A stretch of DNA of 64,000 nucleotides from Stegostoma tigrinum. Lineage: Eukaryota. This document shows, piece by piece, positions 25,790 to 39,746 of the stretch (its first letter is position 1; the number at the start of each line of letters is the position of its first letter). The stretch spans positions 6,180,497 to 6,244,496 of the forward strand of contig NC_081387.1 in NCBI RefSeq assembly GCF_030684315.1, given 5' to 3'. The notes beneath the pieces are model-generated. The model worked only from the letters and a program-made list of their open reading frames with translations. It was not told the origin of the DNA and ran no database searches. A program made the translations under genes and the position numbers.

Positions 25790-26900
25790 TGCAGTGGCAG
25801 AGGAAAAGGCAGAGTGCATCAAAGTTGGAGGCAGGGAAGACCCAGTTGGCATAGACAGGAAATCCTTTCCCCTTCGAGGCGGAATTGTAGCCCCTTGCTG
25901 TTTAAGGCCAACCCTTTGCTGGGTCTATCATGGTACAGCCCATCTGAGCAGATACCAAATGCTCCAGCTTGTGGAAAAATATTGGTAGTGACCAGGCATG
26001 GGATGAGATGTAGCTAAACACTACCAGCGCTGCAGAGAATGTGCAAGATTGGAACCGGGGAAGGGAATCAGGGTTAAGCAAGGACACCAGTCCCACCCTA
26101 AAAGACCATGGGAAAAGCTGCAAATGGACTTCACTGGACCCCTATCACAGAGCCGAGGGAAATGATACTGCTCGGATCAGTTTACAAGAAACATTCCCAA
26201 CTGGAGATTGCACAGTGCCTACAGTTGCTAAGATATTAGCCACTGAAATTATACCCCGTTGCGGGGTGGTGTGTGGGGGGGGGGGTGGTGTAGAAGCCCA
26301 TTTAGATTCTGACCAAGGTATCCACTTCACTGGCAAATGCTAAATGGAAGCCTATGTGGGATAGCCCAAAGTTTTCACATACCCTACCACCCACAGAGGT
26401 CAGGGATGGTTGAAACCAGGAACAGGACCTTGAAGCGGGCATTAACTGCATGAGAACAGGAAACAAATGGGCAGTCTCCCTGCCCACAGTATTAATGGTC
26501 CATTTGTGACACCCCACACCGTTTGACTGGCTGTACAACCTTTGAACACATATAGGTGGCAGAGCTCTGTTCCTGCCACAAGACCTCATCATGGGAGGTG
26601 CTGAATTGGTCAAACTCTAAAGGGGCAATCTAGGATTTTATCCGCGCACTATGCGAAAACCTTAAGAAAGTAACAACTGAAGCTCTGCTGTAACAACAAT
26701 TATACGACTGGAAATCTGATGGGTCTGAAGGACCTACAGCATGACCCAGATCCGGTGATTAGGTCATGGTGCACATTTTTCCCCAACTCTGAAACCTCAG
26801 TGGGTAGGACCACACAAGGTAAGTATGACAGATAATTGTGGTCTCCTTATTAATGAAGCTGGCATAGGTTGATGGCGCCACACCTCACAACTCATCAGCT
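25790..26900 (+). mobile_element. Endogenous retrovirus-like integrase relic
   Basis: HGTAH...C..C (HHCC), PWEKLQMDFTGP, EIIPRCGV...DSDQGIHF, HPQRSGMVE (DDE); many disruptions. Confidence 0.8.
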
Positions 26901-28369
26901 AGGAGCGAGAAAAATCCACCAACTACCTGCTCAGGTTTTCTTATGGAGATTCCTGATCGAGCTTGTTTTGTGAGTGTGGGTCCCAGATCCACTTCCTTCT
27001 CTTTCCATCTGCGTCACCACTCTACCTCACGCTCAGGCAATTGGGCTTAAGTGCATGATGTAGTTCGACGCACAGGTTACCACAATTGTGGGCAACTTTC
27101 TCTTTCTTTCATGGCATATTGCTGTCTCTAGCTGGCTCAGCATTTATTCACCTTCTCTCATTACCCAGGAGATGGTGTGGTCTTGAAACACTGCAGTCCT
27201 TTTGGTCTTGGCACGCCTGCGATGCTGTTCAGCGGGCAGTTGTAATATTCTGACTCAGAGCCAATGCAAAACGGGTGATTTTAAGTCAGGATGATGTGAG
27301 AATTTTGGAAGGAAAGTTGAAATTGCAGCTTTCCCATAAATGTCCTAACTTAGGAGCAAATGACTGCAGAAGCTGGAATCTATATTGAAAACAACAAATG
27401 CCGGAGGTCACAGCGGGTCAGACAGCAGCCAGGGGCAGACAGCAACGAATGTTTCAAGTCTAGATTACTCTTCATCAGAGTTGGAGTGAATTGGGGAGGG
27501 GACAGCATTTAGACTTATAGTTTGGGGGGGCTTGGGCTAGCAGGTGGAGGGTGCTCGTGGTTAAAATGTGTTGATAGTTCAGATTAAATTATCATAATAT
27601 GAGAATGGCAGAACAATGGTGAGTCTCCGGCCAGATTTGAAAAGACATTAACTGGGATTGGGGGAGGGGAGGACATTATAACCAGCTAAAAGCAAGGGAA
27701 GAAATGATTTACCATTTAAAGGTGTTGAACTTAATATTAAGTCCAGAAGGCTGTAAAGTGCCTGATCTGAAGATGAATTGTTGTTCCTCCAACAACAACA
27801 AAAACAGAAGTTGCTGGAAAAGCTCAGTAGGTCTGGCAGCACTTGTGAAGAAAAAAATCAGAGTTAACATTTTGGGACCAGTGACCCTCCCTCAGAACTG
27901 CAGATGGGATGGAGGCCTTGCAGGATATGGAGTGTGATGAGCTGTAGCGAAGGTAGCTGTGGGAGTCAGTGGCTTTGTGCTGGATGGCAGTGGAGGAAAA
28001 TAATGGATTTGGAAAGTACCATCGAAAGAAATCGGGTGAATTGCTTCAATGCCACTTACAGATGGTAGACACTGCTGCTATGTATGTCATTGTTAGACAA
28101 GGTCCCAGTTACCTTTCATCTTCAACATCTGCTTGAGCATAATATCTCTTCCAGACTTACTGGAACAAATTCCCAGGTATAGACCGTGTTAATAGCCAAA
28201 TTCTGCTAGCTCATTAAACATCCTGTTAAGGCAAAGTGTCTGCAAAATGCTTCAGATCATGAACCAAATCGCAATTAAATTCGAGGCCTGGCCCGATGAA
28301 TGAAAAGAGGCTTGTTTGGTCTGTATTCCATTGAACAGCGAGTGTCACCCACCATAGGTTCACAAGAAA

Positions 28370-30250
28370 TACTGCAGTCCTATGTTGTTTGGCCCCTTGT
28401 ACCTGCTCCACCATTCAATAGGATTATGGCTAATTTGCTGTGCCTCATACCATGTTATTGCTGTTGCCCATAACTCTTGGCTCCCCTACTGATGAAGAAT
28501 TTATCCATCTCACAGAAATACACAGAAGAACTTTGTTTCCACTGCTCTCTGTGGTCAGGAGCCCAACATTGTGAGAAAAGAAATTCCTTTTCATTCTGAG
28601 ACAATGCTTTCTGGCCCTGAGGGGAAACATCGTCTCAGCATGTACTCTGTTGAGCCCCTGAAGAAACCTGTTTGTTTCAATGAGCACCTACCAATCTTGT
28701 TAATTTCAGTGGCTAGAGTAACAACCTGTTCAACCTTTGCTCAGAAGACAATCCCTGCAGACCAGCAATCATCATAGTGAAACTGCCTCCAAAGGAATAA
28801 CATTTTCCTTGAATATAGGGACCAAAACAGCTCACAGTTTTCCCAGGTGTGGTCTCACGAGCACATTGTACAGTTGCAGTGAGATTTGGTGGCTCTTTTA
28901 CTTCAATCCCTTTGAAAAATGGGCAACATTCCATTTGCCTTCCTGATTATCTGCTGTAGCTATGTGTTAACTTTCTATGTTTCATGCACAAATATCCCCA
29001 AGTTGTTTGGTGTTGCAGCTTTCTGCAGTTTTTCTCCATTTCAATATTTCTGTTATCTTGTTCTCCCTTCCAAAATGAACAGCTTTACCTTTTTCCTGCA
29101 TTATACTCCATTTGCCAAAGTAGTAGCAGAACATTTCGACAAATCATTACCTAATCAAGCAGAGCCAGCGTGGCTTCGTGAAATGGAAATCAAGTCTGAC
29201 TAATTGATTAGAGTTTTTCAAAGACATCCCAACGAGAGTGGTAACAAGTGGGCGTATTGCATTTGGTGCCCTCGAGAAGGTACCTCATAAAAGGTTAAAT
29301 CATAAGAGTCCACAGTGTTGGTGGTAGCTTGCACGGGCAAAACATTGGCTCATGAGCAGGAAATGCCACGTGAAGATAAGGGGTTCTTTTTCAGGTTGAT
29401 TTGAAATATCTGTTTAACTCCCCTGCCATTTCCTTGTTTCCCAAAAACCATCTCCCAACATTCAGTTTCTCAGGGACCTATGTTCACTTTGATATCTCTT
29501 TTCCTTCCTGTATATTTAAAGATGTTCTTATTGTCAGTTTTAAATTTGTCACTAGTTCGCTCTCATAGCTTATTTTCGCTGCATTTATTATATTTTTAGT
29601 CTTCCTTTGCTGGATTCTGAATTTATCCAAACTTCAGTTCTGTCACTGACTTTTGACCTCCATGTTTTCCTTTCAACTCAATACTCTCTTTGACTTCATT
29701 GTTTAGATATGGTTTTTTACCCTGCTCATAGAATTTTTCCTCCTTACTGGAATGTATTTTTGCTGAGAGTCACCTACTTGCTTACTGTATTCCTGTTAAT
29801 CTATCCACCAAGTTCACTTTAGCAAAGTCTATTTTCATCTTCATTGCAATTCCGCTAATTTAAGTGAAACACGGCTCTTTCCAACACAAATTTCTCACTT
29901 TCAAAATGAAAATTAAACTCTGTCATGTGATTATTGCTACTTCCGAGAGGATTGTTACATGGTGATCATTGCATAAACCTGCCTCGATACCCATTACCAG
30001 CTCCAAGATAGCCTGCACCCTGGTTGTCTCTATGATATATTGCTCTTGGAAACTATCCCTAATGTACTTTATAAGTGTGTTTGTCAGAGACCCTTTTTGA
30101 TTTGACTCATCCGATCAATTTGAAAATTAAGTCATTCATAATTATTGCTCTGTTCCTTTTACATGGTCTTATTATTTGTTGATTTATAGTCTTTCTCAGA
30201 GAGTAGTTACTGTTTGGGGGCCTGTACATTACCCCTTCCCACGTCTTCTT
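28370..30250. mobile_element. Old CR1 LINE fragments, mostly - strand
   Basis: Degenerate RT 3' region and tail at 28370-29120, short + strand RT piece at about 29130-29400, linker/endonuclease-like sequence beyond. Confidence 0.6.
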
Positions 30251-31179
30251 AAGAATTCAAGGCCTTGAAGTTTTCTCTATTATTCAATTTCCTGACACTT
30301 TTATGGCTCCCTGGTACAATATAGCATTCACATCCCATCCCTTCCTTTTATTTTCTGGTGTACAGTACAAAAGTGATCTTTAGCTGACAGTTCTCACTCA
30401 CCTTCCAAACCAAAATTCATTGAAGAATGAAATTAAAATAATGAAATATCAGCAACAGCTCTAACAACACATTAAATAAACATCACATTGTGCTTGTTGG
30501 TTTGTTTGGGGAAGACTTTTGAAAGATGGTGAGTCCTGACTACAATTTTAAATGGATTCTACAACTACTTTACTTCATCTCATCTAATCAGGGAATCAGT
30601 GAGATGGTCATTTCATCACCAAATAAAAGGAGTCTCATGTGGTACAGTAGGAGTGTCCCTCCCTCTGAGACAAGAGACTTGGCTTCAAGTCCTGCCTACT
30701 CTAGAGGTGTGTAATAGCTTCTCTAAAGATCAGTAACCCAGGAAAGGATCTTTGCATAACTTATATGGAAAGGATTCTAAGAATGCTACAAAGCCTGTTG
30801 ATTATTCATTTTCTTTCCACATTGTTCTATATCCATGGGACAGTGCTGTTAGCATGACAGTTTCCACTCCCAAACACTAACATTAAAAGGTGCCTTACAC
30901 TGAGAAACTGGTGACACATCACTTCCAGTTCATTGGGAAATGGATCGAAGTTTGATTGACCAACAGTATGAAACCAGTTTCTCACATGCTGTCATCCTTG
31001 ATTGTGTAAAGAAGTGAATGGAAAGCCGGGAAAGATGTTTGACATTAATTCCCCCAATTCACACTTACAGCTCAACGACTACTGATTCTGACACTCACAA
31101 GCTGCAGAATAAATGAGTTGAACCCTTCTTGTGAAATTATTAATGAGGAATTTGGATAATGTTAAACCACAAAAAATTG

Positions 31180-31185
31180 TTTATT
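31180..31185 (-). terminator. Probable polyadenylation signal of gene D
   Basis: AATAAA on the - strand at the position homologous to 10525-10530. Confidence 0.55.
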
Positions 31186-31790
31186 GATTACAAACCACAA
31201 TTATCAGCACTTGTAGGTAAACGTTGATAGTACATAGATAAAGATGCTTTCTCAATAAATAGTACATGGACTATATATATATAAATATGTATATAAAATA
31301 TATATTAAAGAGGCTATAACTATTCAATTTACAACCGTATGTTACCGAAGCGGTCACATTTGGTGAATTAAAGTGCAAAAGCGAACAGTACCCTGCAATA
31401 TAAAAAGTGCTTCTGAGCTGCTTTCGGATATTCTTTCATTTCAGGCAAATTATGAAATTGTGAAGACATTGAAAATGAGAAAGTGTGAGGGAGAAACTGT
31501 CCATGAAGATCCCTCTGATGGAAACACTGCTCACATTTCCGAGGCAGGATGAAAGCATGACTTCAGAAGGCCTGACTTGGTGGCTGAAGATCACAACATG
31601 CAGATTTGGGATACACTGTTCAATCTGTGGAAACATATTCCCAGGAACATTAAATTGCATTCCTGAAAGAACTGGGTGCGAACAATGAACTGCAATTCCG
31701 CGTGAGCTGTGATATGGAAGGATTGACGATGATGTCCACTTTCACACTGGAACAGGAGAATCCTGTCATTCCTCAAAGAGGCTCTGGGAA

Positions 31791-32088
31791 TCATAGCATC
31801 CCTACAGCATGGAAATGGGTTATTTGGTCCATCCAGTCCACCCTGACCACCTGAAGAGCATCTCACCGTGACCACCGGCCTACACTATCCCTGTGATTTT
31901 ATGTTTCCCACAGCCAATCCACCTAACCTGCACATCTGCGAACTGTGGCAAGAAACTGGAGCACACAGCGGAAACCCAAAGGGAGAACATGCAAACTTCA
32001 GTTTCCGAAGTGTGGAATCAAATCTGGGTCTCTGGCACTGCGAGGCAGGCTGAGGCAGCAGCGCTAACCACTAAGCCACACTACAGGA
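31791..32088 (-). mobile_element. V-SINE (HE1-like) inserted in the gene D 3' region
   Basis: Reverse complement of the SINE at 43051-43375; absent from the homologous gene A sequence (about 9820-9835). Confidence 0.8.
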
Positions 32089-32276
32089 AGGGATGTCCTG
32101 TGGAGCCCAGGATACCCAAAATGTAAGGACACAAGACAGTCAATTCAGGGTGGGGAAGGGACAGAAATTAGTCCGACAGGTTTTAACTGTGTCTGGGAGA
32201 GTGAGACAGGGTCCAGGTCAGAGTAGTATGGTCACAAATACATCAATGGAGGGAAAACAGAGCGTCACTTTATGAA

Positions 32277-32308
32277 TCATGAATGAGCTGGAACAGAGAC
32301 ATCAGAAG
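32277..32308 (-). CDS. Gene D last coding exon
   Basis: catcag|CT TCT GAT GTC TCT GTT CCA GCT CAT TCA TGA = (A)SDVSVPAHS*. Confidence 0.8.
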
Positions 32309-32784
32309 CTGATGGAGAAACAAAACATGAGATATTAACTGTCAAATGAGACAGTGTGAGACATTCTCTATCATCGGCTTCATCGGAGGTTCACTGATAA
32401 TGTTCCCTAGAATGGTGACGAATCGTCTGAAAACTAACCTTGCAGCTCAGCGAGCAAACTCACATCCGTATTCTCTATCATTTACTGGATCACCCTCAGC
32501 ATTAACTAACCAGCACAGTGTGGAGGGAAAGAAGGAGGAGGGAATAGGGATGAGGAACTGAAAAGAGGAATTGGGGTATAAGGGATTTGAGCAGGTGATG
32601 ATTGGAGGGAGTGGATCTGGGGGTATGAAGACGAGGAAGAGGGGGCATAAGAGAATGGCGGGGGGTGAGAGATTACAGAGTGAGGAGACAAGTGTCACCC
32701 TGAATCACAGCCGGACAATGTAACTCTACAGGTTTCAATCCCTTCTCCACCACTCCCCAACACTCTGTCCCCTTAGTTGCTTCC

Positions 32785-32817
32785 TGCAAACTGGTATATT
32801 TGTCACACTTGATGCAT
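32785..32817 (-). pseudogene. Gene D relic cytoplasmic exon 6 (both splice sites mutated)
   Basis: ttgtttctgcac|33 nt|ggaag vs ttgtttctgcag|33 nt|gtaag in gene A. Confidence 0.75.
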
Positions 32818-32985
32818 GTGCAGAAACAAAATAAATGCCCATTAGAATAATCAATTCTCAGAGTGAGAACACAAGTTAATTTGTAAATATCAGTCTGATA
32901 TTCTCTCACTCCTCCCTCCCAGTGCTGGAGATTCCCTACACACTCTCTCCATGCAGTTCCACATCCCTTCCTCAATGATCCTTAC

Positions 32986-33096
32986 CTTTCCATGCCCTTA
33001 TCCAAATGATCATTGCGATTATCCCGAACACTGCAGCAATAAGGATTCCAAGTATCATTCCAAGATGGATGCGTTCCCCTCTGTTTCCTGTGGTTT
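32986..33096 (-). CDS. Gene D transmembrane exon
   Basis: ETTGNRGERIHLGMILGILIAAVFGIIAMIIWIRAWK; AG/GT flanks. Confidence 0.9.
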
Positions 33097-33539
33097 CTGA
33101 AACACATTGGAAAAACATCAGAAACGTTTCTGTTCCCAGTTCTGTATTCATGGGAACAATATTAACTGATCCCACCCACTGGGGAATGATGGAATTGATT
33201 GAAATTTTGTGTTGACCTTCAGTCAATTTCACTCTCCAGTGAAGTCACTAAAGATCCCATTAATGGGAGTGTAAATACCAAGGTGTCCCAGTCTGGGGAG
33301 TTTATATCCATGTTTACAGGTGACATTAGTTAGGAGGCAGAATGAAAGGACATTGACGGATGAAAGAAGTGAATTCTAACCATTATGTTTTTATCCAATG
33401 TGGGGAAATGTGAGATCATTTCTGTTAAACCTGAGAAAAACAAGTTGGAACATTTTCTTGTCTTTGAGAGATTAGGAGAGGTTAAATGTAGTGAATTTCA
33501 TAACGCCATGATTATCATGAAGTTTTTAAATTCATTTGT

Positions 33540-36000
33540 ATTGCTGACATGCTAGTATGTTATTTCCCGGCCCTAGATGCCCTTGAGAAGTTGGTGGTAA
33601 GCTGCCTTCATAAACCACTGCAGTCCACACTCTCTGGGTGGACTCACAATGTCATTGGAGAGGAAATCCCAGGATTTTGACCCAATGACAGTGGACGATC
33701 AATGAAATATTTCCAAGTCCGGATGGGAAGTGGTTTGACGGGGAGCTTGGAGGCGCGTCTGTTTCCACATATCTGCTGCCCTTGTCCTTCTAGATGTAAG
33801 ATCTTGGAAGGTGCTCGCTAAGAATCTTTGAATTACTTGTAGACAGTACACACTTCTGCTACTGAGCGTCAGTGGTGGAGGGAGTGGATGCTTGTGAATA
33901 CAGTGCCAATCAGGCTGGCCACTTTGTCCTGGATGTTGAAAAGCTTCTTGTTATTGGAGCTGCACCCATCATGGCAAATGGGAATATTTGTTACATTCCT
34001 GGCCTGTACCTTGTCGATGGTGGATGGGCTTTGGGGAGTCAGGAAATGAGTTACTGACTGCTGTATTCCTCGCATTTGAATTGGTCTTGTAGCCGTGGTG
34101 TTTATGTGTTTGGGTTTCTGGTCAAAGGTAACCTCAAAGATGTTGGTAGTGGAGGATTCTGCGATGGCAACACCATTGAATATCAACGGGCGATGGTTAA
34201 ATGGTTTGTTATTGGAGATGAACACTACCTGGCATTTGCGTGGCACGAAGTTTACTTGTCAGCCTCAGCCTGGGTATTGTGCAGAACTTGTTGCATTTGA
34301 ACTTAGAGAAGTCATGTGTGGTGCTGAACACTCTGCAATCATTGGCAAAATTTCCCACTCCTGATCAGATGATAGAGGGAAGCTAAATGATGAAGTAGTT
34401 GAAGATGGTTGCTCCTGGGAAAATGTCCTGAGGAATTCCTGCAGAGAAGTCCTGGAGCTGAGCTGACTGACCTCCAACAAGAACAACACTGTACTATGTG
34501 CCACGTATAACTCTATCCAGGGGAGAGTTTGCCCTCTGTGCCCATTGATTCCAGTTTTGCCTGGCCTCCTTGATGCACACTCAGTCAAATGCAGAATCGC
34601 TGTCAAGGGCTGTCGCTGTCACCTTACCTCTGGAGTTGAGCTCTTTTGTCACTGTTTGAACGAAGGCTGTAGTGAGGTCAGGAGCTGAGTGGCCCTCATG
34701 GAACCCAAACTAGTCAATACTGAGCAGGTTATTGCTGAGCAAGTGCTGCTGGATAGCACTCTTCATGACACTTTACTGAATGATCGAGAGTTGACTGATA
34801 GGGTGGTAATTGGCCACGTTGGATTTTTCCTACTTTTTTTTCTCCAGGACGTACCTGGGCATTTTCCACACTGTCCCACTAGACATCAAAGTTGTAACTG
34901 TACTGGAAGGGTATGGTTAAGGAATAAGGCTTCAGTGCCATTGCTGGAATGTTGCCAGGGCTCAGAGCCTTTGTTGTATCCAATGTCTTCAACTGTTTCT
35001 TAACCTCATGTGGAGGAATTGAGTTGGCTAAAGACTGGCATCTGTGATGCGGGGGACCACTGGAGGAGACCGAGATGGATCATCCACTATGCACTTATGG
35101 CTGAAGATTGCTGCGAATCCTTCAGCTTTATCTTTTGCACTGATGTGCGGGTCTCTTCCCTCATTGAGGATGGGGATAGGTGTGGAAGCCACTCCTCAAG
35201 TGAGCTGTTTAATTGTCCGCCACCAGTTACAACTGGATGTGGCGGGACTGCAGATCTGTTTGTTGTGAGCTCACTTCGCCCTGTCACTTGTTGCTCATGC
35301 TGTTTGTCATAGCTGTAGTCCTGTTTGGTAGCTACACCAGGTTGACACCTCATCTTCAGGGAAGCCTAATGCTGCTCCTGGCATCCCTTCTGCACTCTCC
35401 ATTGAACCACAGTTGAGCCACTGGCTTGATGGTAATGCTTAAGTAAGGGATATGCTGGGCCATGAGGTTGCAGATTGTGCTGGAGTAGAACACTGCTGTT
35501 GCTGATGGCCCACAGAGCCTCATGGATGCTCAGAGTTGAGTTGCTAGATCTGTGCAAAGTCTGTACCACTTGGCTCAGTAATAGTGCCACACAACATGCC
35601 TGAGGATATCCTCAAAGTGAAGGTGGACTATGCAGTGGTCACTCTTCCCAACACTGTCATGGACGGCAGACAGATTGGTATGGATGGGGTCAAGTATGTT
35701 TTTCTCTCTTGTTGGTTCCCTCACCATCTGCTACAGATGCAGTCCAACAGTCTATGTCCTTGAGGACCCGATCAGTTGTGCTACTGCTGAGCCACTCTTG
35801 AGGGTGGACATTGAAATAGCCCACCCAGGGTAAATTCTGCATCCTGGCCACCCTCAGTGCATCCTCCAAATATTGTTCGACATGGAGGAGTGCTGATTCA
35901 CCAGCTGAGGGCAGGCGGTTCGTGGAAACCAGTAAGTTTCCTTGCCTATGTTTAAGCTGAAACTACCGAATTCATGGGATCTGAAATCAACATGAGAAAT
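33540..36000 (-). mobile_element. Old CR1/L2-group LINE (family also at 38370-39690 and 43930-45830)
   Basis: Degenerate RT peptides shared with the + strand copies; common 3' end GCCCTTGAGAAG(G/T)TGGTGGT. Confidence 0.75.
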
Positions 36001-36904
36001 CAATCAACAATACTTTCATAATCTTCAGGAGATTCTTAATTCAAACCTTTTCATTGATTTCAAATTCCATGATCTGCCACAGTGGGATTCGAACTGAAAT
36101 TTCCAGAACATTAGCTCAGCTTCTGTATTAATAGTTGCGTGATAATACCATCAGACCATCACCTCCCTTCGTGTTTAATCCACTTTTAATAAACAAAATA
36201 AATCATTTAGTTTCATAGACTGTCGTCCTTTATCTCAAGGGGGTTACAATACAAAGTGAGGAAATTATATTTCTGTTTTAGAGCATTGGTCAGACTACAT
36301 CTGCATAATTACATTCAGACTGAAATATCAAATCTCAGATCAGAGTGTTTTACTGTGAAGTGGAGGAGCAGCGTAGATCCAGCAGATTCAAGGCTTGAAT
36401 TATAAAGTCCTGGTTTGGCATCTGTGCAGCCTTCAGGACTCAATGTCATGTTTGGCAATTTTAGGGTCATCACATCTTTTCCCATGTCCTTCCCCCAACT
36501 CCCAAGCAGCAAGCTTTGTCATCACACGGGCTGCTTTCATCATGGCCAACCCATTGTCACCCACTAATGGTCCCCATTAGCAGCTTTCACTTTTCTCTGG
36601 CTCATGATTATCCATTCCTTCTCTGCCCAACTGCAGTTCTCAGACTCTGGGCTCCACTTCCACCTATCATTTCCTCCTTTACCCTGGCTCCCCCCCAACC
36701 CCATCTTCCACAGATAGACCACCTTTTCCTCACTACACTCCGTTCTGAGGAACGGGACACCAGACCCCGAAATGTTCACTCTACTTTCTCTCCACAATTT
36801 CTGCCAAATCTGCTGAGTTGCTCCAGAAATTTCAGCTTTTCATTAAATTATTGGGGCTGGCGACATCACCTTCTTAATTTTCTTCTGGGTTGTGGTTGCC
36901 ATGG

Positions 36905-38000
36905 AAACATACAGAGGTCTATGGCACAGAAAATGGCCCTTTGGCACATTTTGACTGGCACTGATACAAACAACCAACTCCCTATTCTAATTGCATTTTC
37001 CAGTGCTTGGCCCATGACCTCGTACGCTTTACATCACAAGTGCCCATCGGAATATTTCTTCAATATTCTGAGGGCTTCTGTCTGCCATTTCAGGCATTGA
37101 GTTCCAGATTACCACCGCCCTCGAAATGAAAACATCCATTCTCACATCTCATCGAAACGCCCCACCCCTTACCTTAAATCTACGGCTGGTCATTAATCCC
37201 TCCAAAATGAAATGTTTCTTTCTGTTTGCCCGATTGATACCCCCCAAAACTTTACACACCTCCATCATGTGCGGTCTCAATCTCCTCTGCTCCAAGCCAA
37301 GCAAGTTTAGTCTGTCCAATCTCCCTTCAAAACCAAAACTCTCTCGACCCGACAACATTTTGGTAAATCTTGCCAGCACTCTCTCCTGTGCAGTCACATC
37401 CCCTTGTAATGTCACTTCCAGAGTGGTACGCAATACTCGAGCTGTGGACTAACCTGCCATTCACTTATGTCCTTTAGAGAGGGAAGCTGCCATCCTTCCT
37501 CTGTGACTGCAAACAAAGGCTGGACAATTATAAATGGGCAATAAATGCTGGCTGAGCTAGCGATGCCCTCATCCTGTGACTGATTATATGAAACAAAAAA
37601 CAACTCTTTACATTAGATCCAGCAAACGTTTCTCAGTTCTTAAACTCAGTGCCTTTGCTCATAAAAGCTAATATTCCATGTGACCTCTTAACCATTTTAT
37701 CTATCCTGATGCATTAAGGGACCTGTGTATGGCATATCAAGGTCTCTCTAATCCTTGGTTACCAGGCTCCTCCTGTTCATCCCGTATTCCCTGGCCTTTT
37801 TTGTCCTTCCCAAGTCCAACACATTTATCTGGACTGAATTCCATTTGTCACTGATCAGCCCATTGACCAGGCCAACTGTATCCTCCTGTAATCTAAAATC
37901 GATCCTCCTCATGATTTACTATCCCACCCGCTTTTGCACTGTCTGTGAACAAAGTGATCAATCCTTCTCTATTGAAGTCTCAATCAGTTGTGTAAACACT
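36905..38000 (-). mobile_element. CR1 LINE 3' fragment
   Basis: 'ERVLARFTKMLSG...RLDRLNLLGLEQRRLR' and GAAACATACAG tail. Confidence 0.75.
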
Positions 38001-38369
38001 AACTGCAAGTGTGACTGGCTGGCTTGGCATTTTGACCAAAACTAATTGCCTGCAGAGCAGTTGAAAGTCACCCACACTGCGAATGGAGTGTGATGGAGAC
38101 ACTTGGCAGCAGGAACAGCTGGTCTCCTTCTGTAAAGGGAGTTAATAAATGGAATGGATTTTTTAAAAATGAGTATTGACAATGGTTTCAGCGTCATCAT
38201 TATACAAACAATGCCAAATTTTAACTGAATTCAACTTCTGCCTCTGCCACAGTGGGATTCAAACTGAGGTCGCGAGACCTTTATACAGTCTCTGTATTAA
38301 CAGCCTGGTGATAACACCACAACATCTCCTCCAGGGGTACCCAGCACAGATACTCGTCTTGAACCAATT

Positions 38370-39690
38370 CAATTCCCTGCATGCAATGTCAAGAAATGGT
38401 TGGAGCCACTGGATACTGCAAAGGACTTGAATCTTGACAGCATTTGGCCACAGTGCAGAATACTGGTGTTCCAAAGCTACTAGCCTCTACCCAACAGCAT
38501 GGAAATTTTCCCGGGTTTGTCCTGTACATGAAAAGCAGGAGAAATCCAACCTGGCCAATTATTGCTCCATCGGTCTACTCTCGATCTATTCTGAAGTCAT
38601 ACAAGGTGTCATCGATAGGGCTATCAAGCAGCATCTGCTCAGCAACACCCAACTTAAGGTCCACCAGGGCCACTCAGCTCCTGACCTCATTACAGTCTTC
38701 GTTCCAGCATGGACAAAAGAGTTGAAATCCCGCGGTGAGGCGAGAGTGACAGCCCTTGACACCAAGGCTGTGTTTCACTGAGTGTGGCATCAAGAAACCC
38801 TGGCACAACTGGCATCAATGGGTAGCTGGAGCAAACTGTCCACTAGTTAGAGGCATTCCTGGCACATCGGAAGCTGGTTGTGCTTGTTGGAATTAATTAT
38901 CTTAGCTCCAGGACATCTCTGCAAGAGGTCCTCAAGGTCGTGTTCCAGGTCAAACCATCTTCAGCTGCTTTATCAACAACCTTTTCTGCACCAGATTATT
39001 AATGGGATGTTTGCCAATGATTACACTATATTCAGCACCACTCATCATTCCCCAAATACTGACGCAGTCCATGTTCAAATACAACAAAGGCGCGGGCTGA
39101 CAAGTGGCAAATAGCATTTGCATCACACAAGTGCCAGGCAAATGACCATCTCCAACAAGAAACAATCTGGTCATCAAAATTCAGAAAATTTAATGGTGTT
39201 ACCATCACCGAATCCCCCAATGTGAACATCCTTCGGGTTACCATCAATCAGAAATTGAACTGGACTTGCCACATCATCACACTGGCTGCAAGAGCAGATC
39301 AGAGGCCAGGAATACTTGAGGTGAGTAACTCATTTTCTGACTCCCAAAGTCTGTCCATCATCTACGGGGCACATACAGGTCAGGGAATACTCCCGACTTG
39401 CCTGAATGGCTGCAACTCCAACAACACTCAAGCTGCTTGGCACCATCCAGGAGAAAGCAGCAACTATCTACAAGATGCACTGCTGAAAATCACCAAGCCT
39501 CCTCAGACAGTCCCTTACAGACCTACAAGCATTCCCATTGAGAAGGACAAAGGCAGTAGATATATCAGAATTCCAGCAGATGCCAGTTTCACTCCAAGGC
39601 ACTCACGAGCTTTACTTGGAAATACACTGGCGTTCCTTCACTGGCGCTGTGTCAAATAACTGGAATTCTTAAAGCCACATCAACGTGAAC
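38370..39690 (+). mobile_element. Old CR1/L2-group LINE RT fragment
   Basis: NYCSIGLLS...HSAPDLIT...VTALDTKAVFH. Confidence 0.8.
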
Positions 39691-39746
39691 AGTAACAAGC
39701 CAGAAGTACAGACAGACACTGACACACACACAATCCAGCTCCTTAC

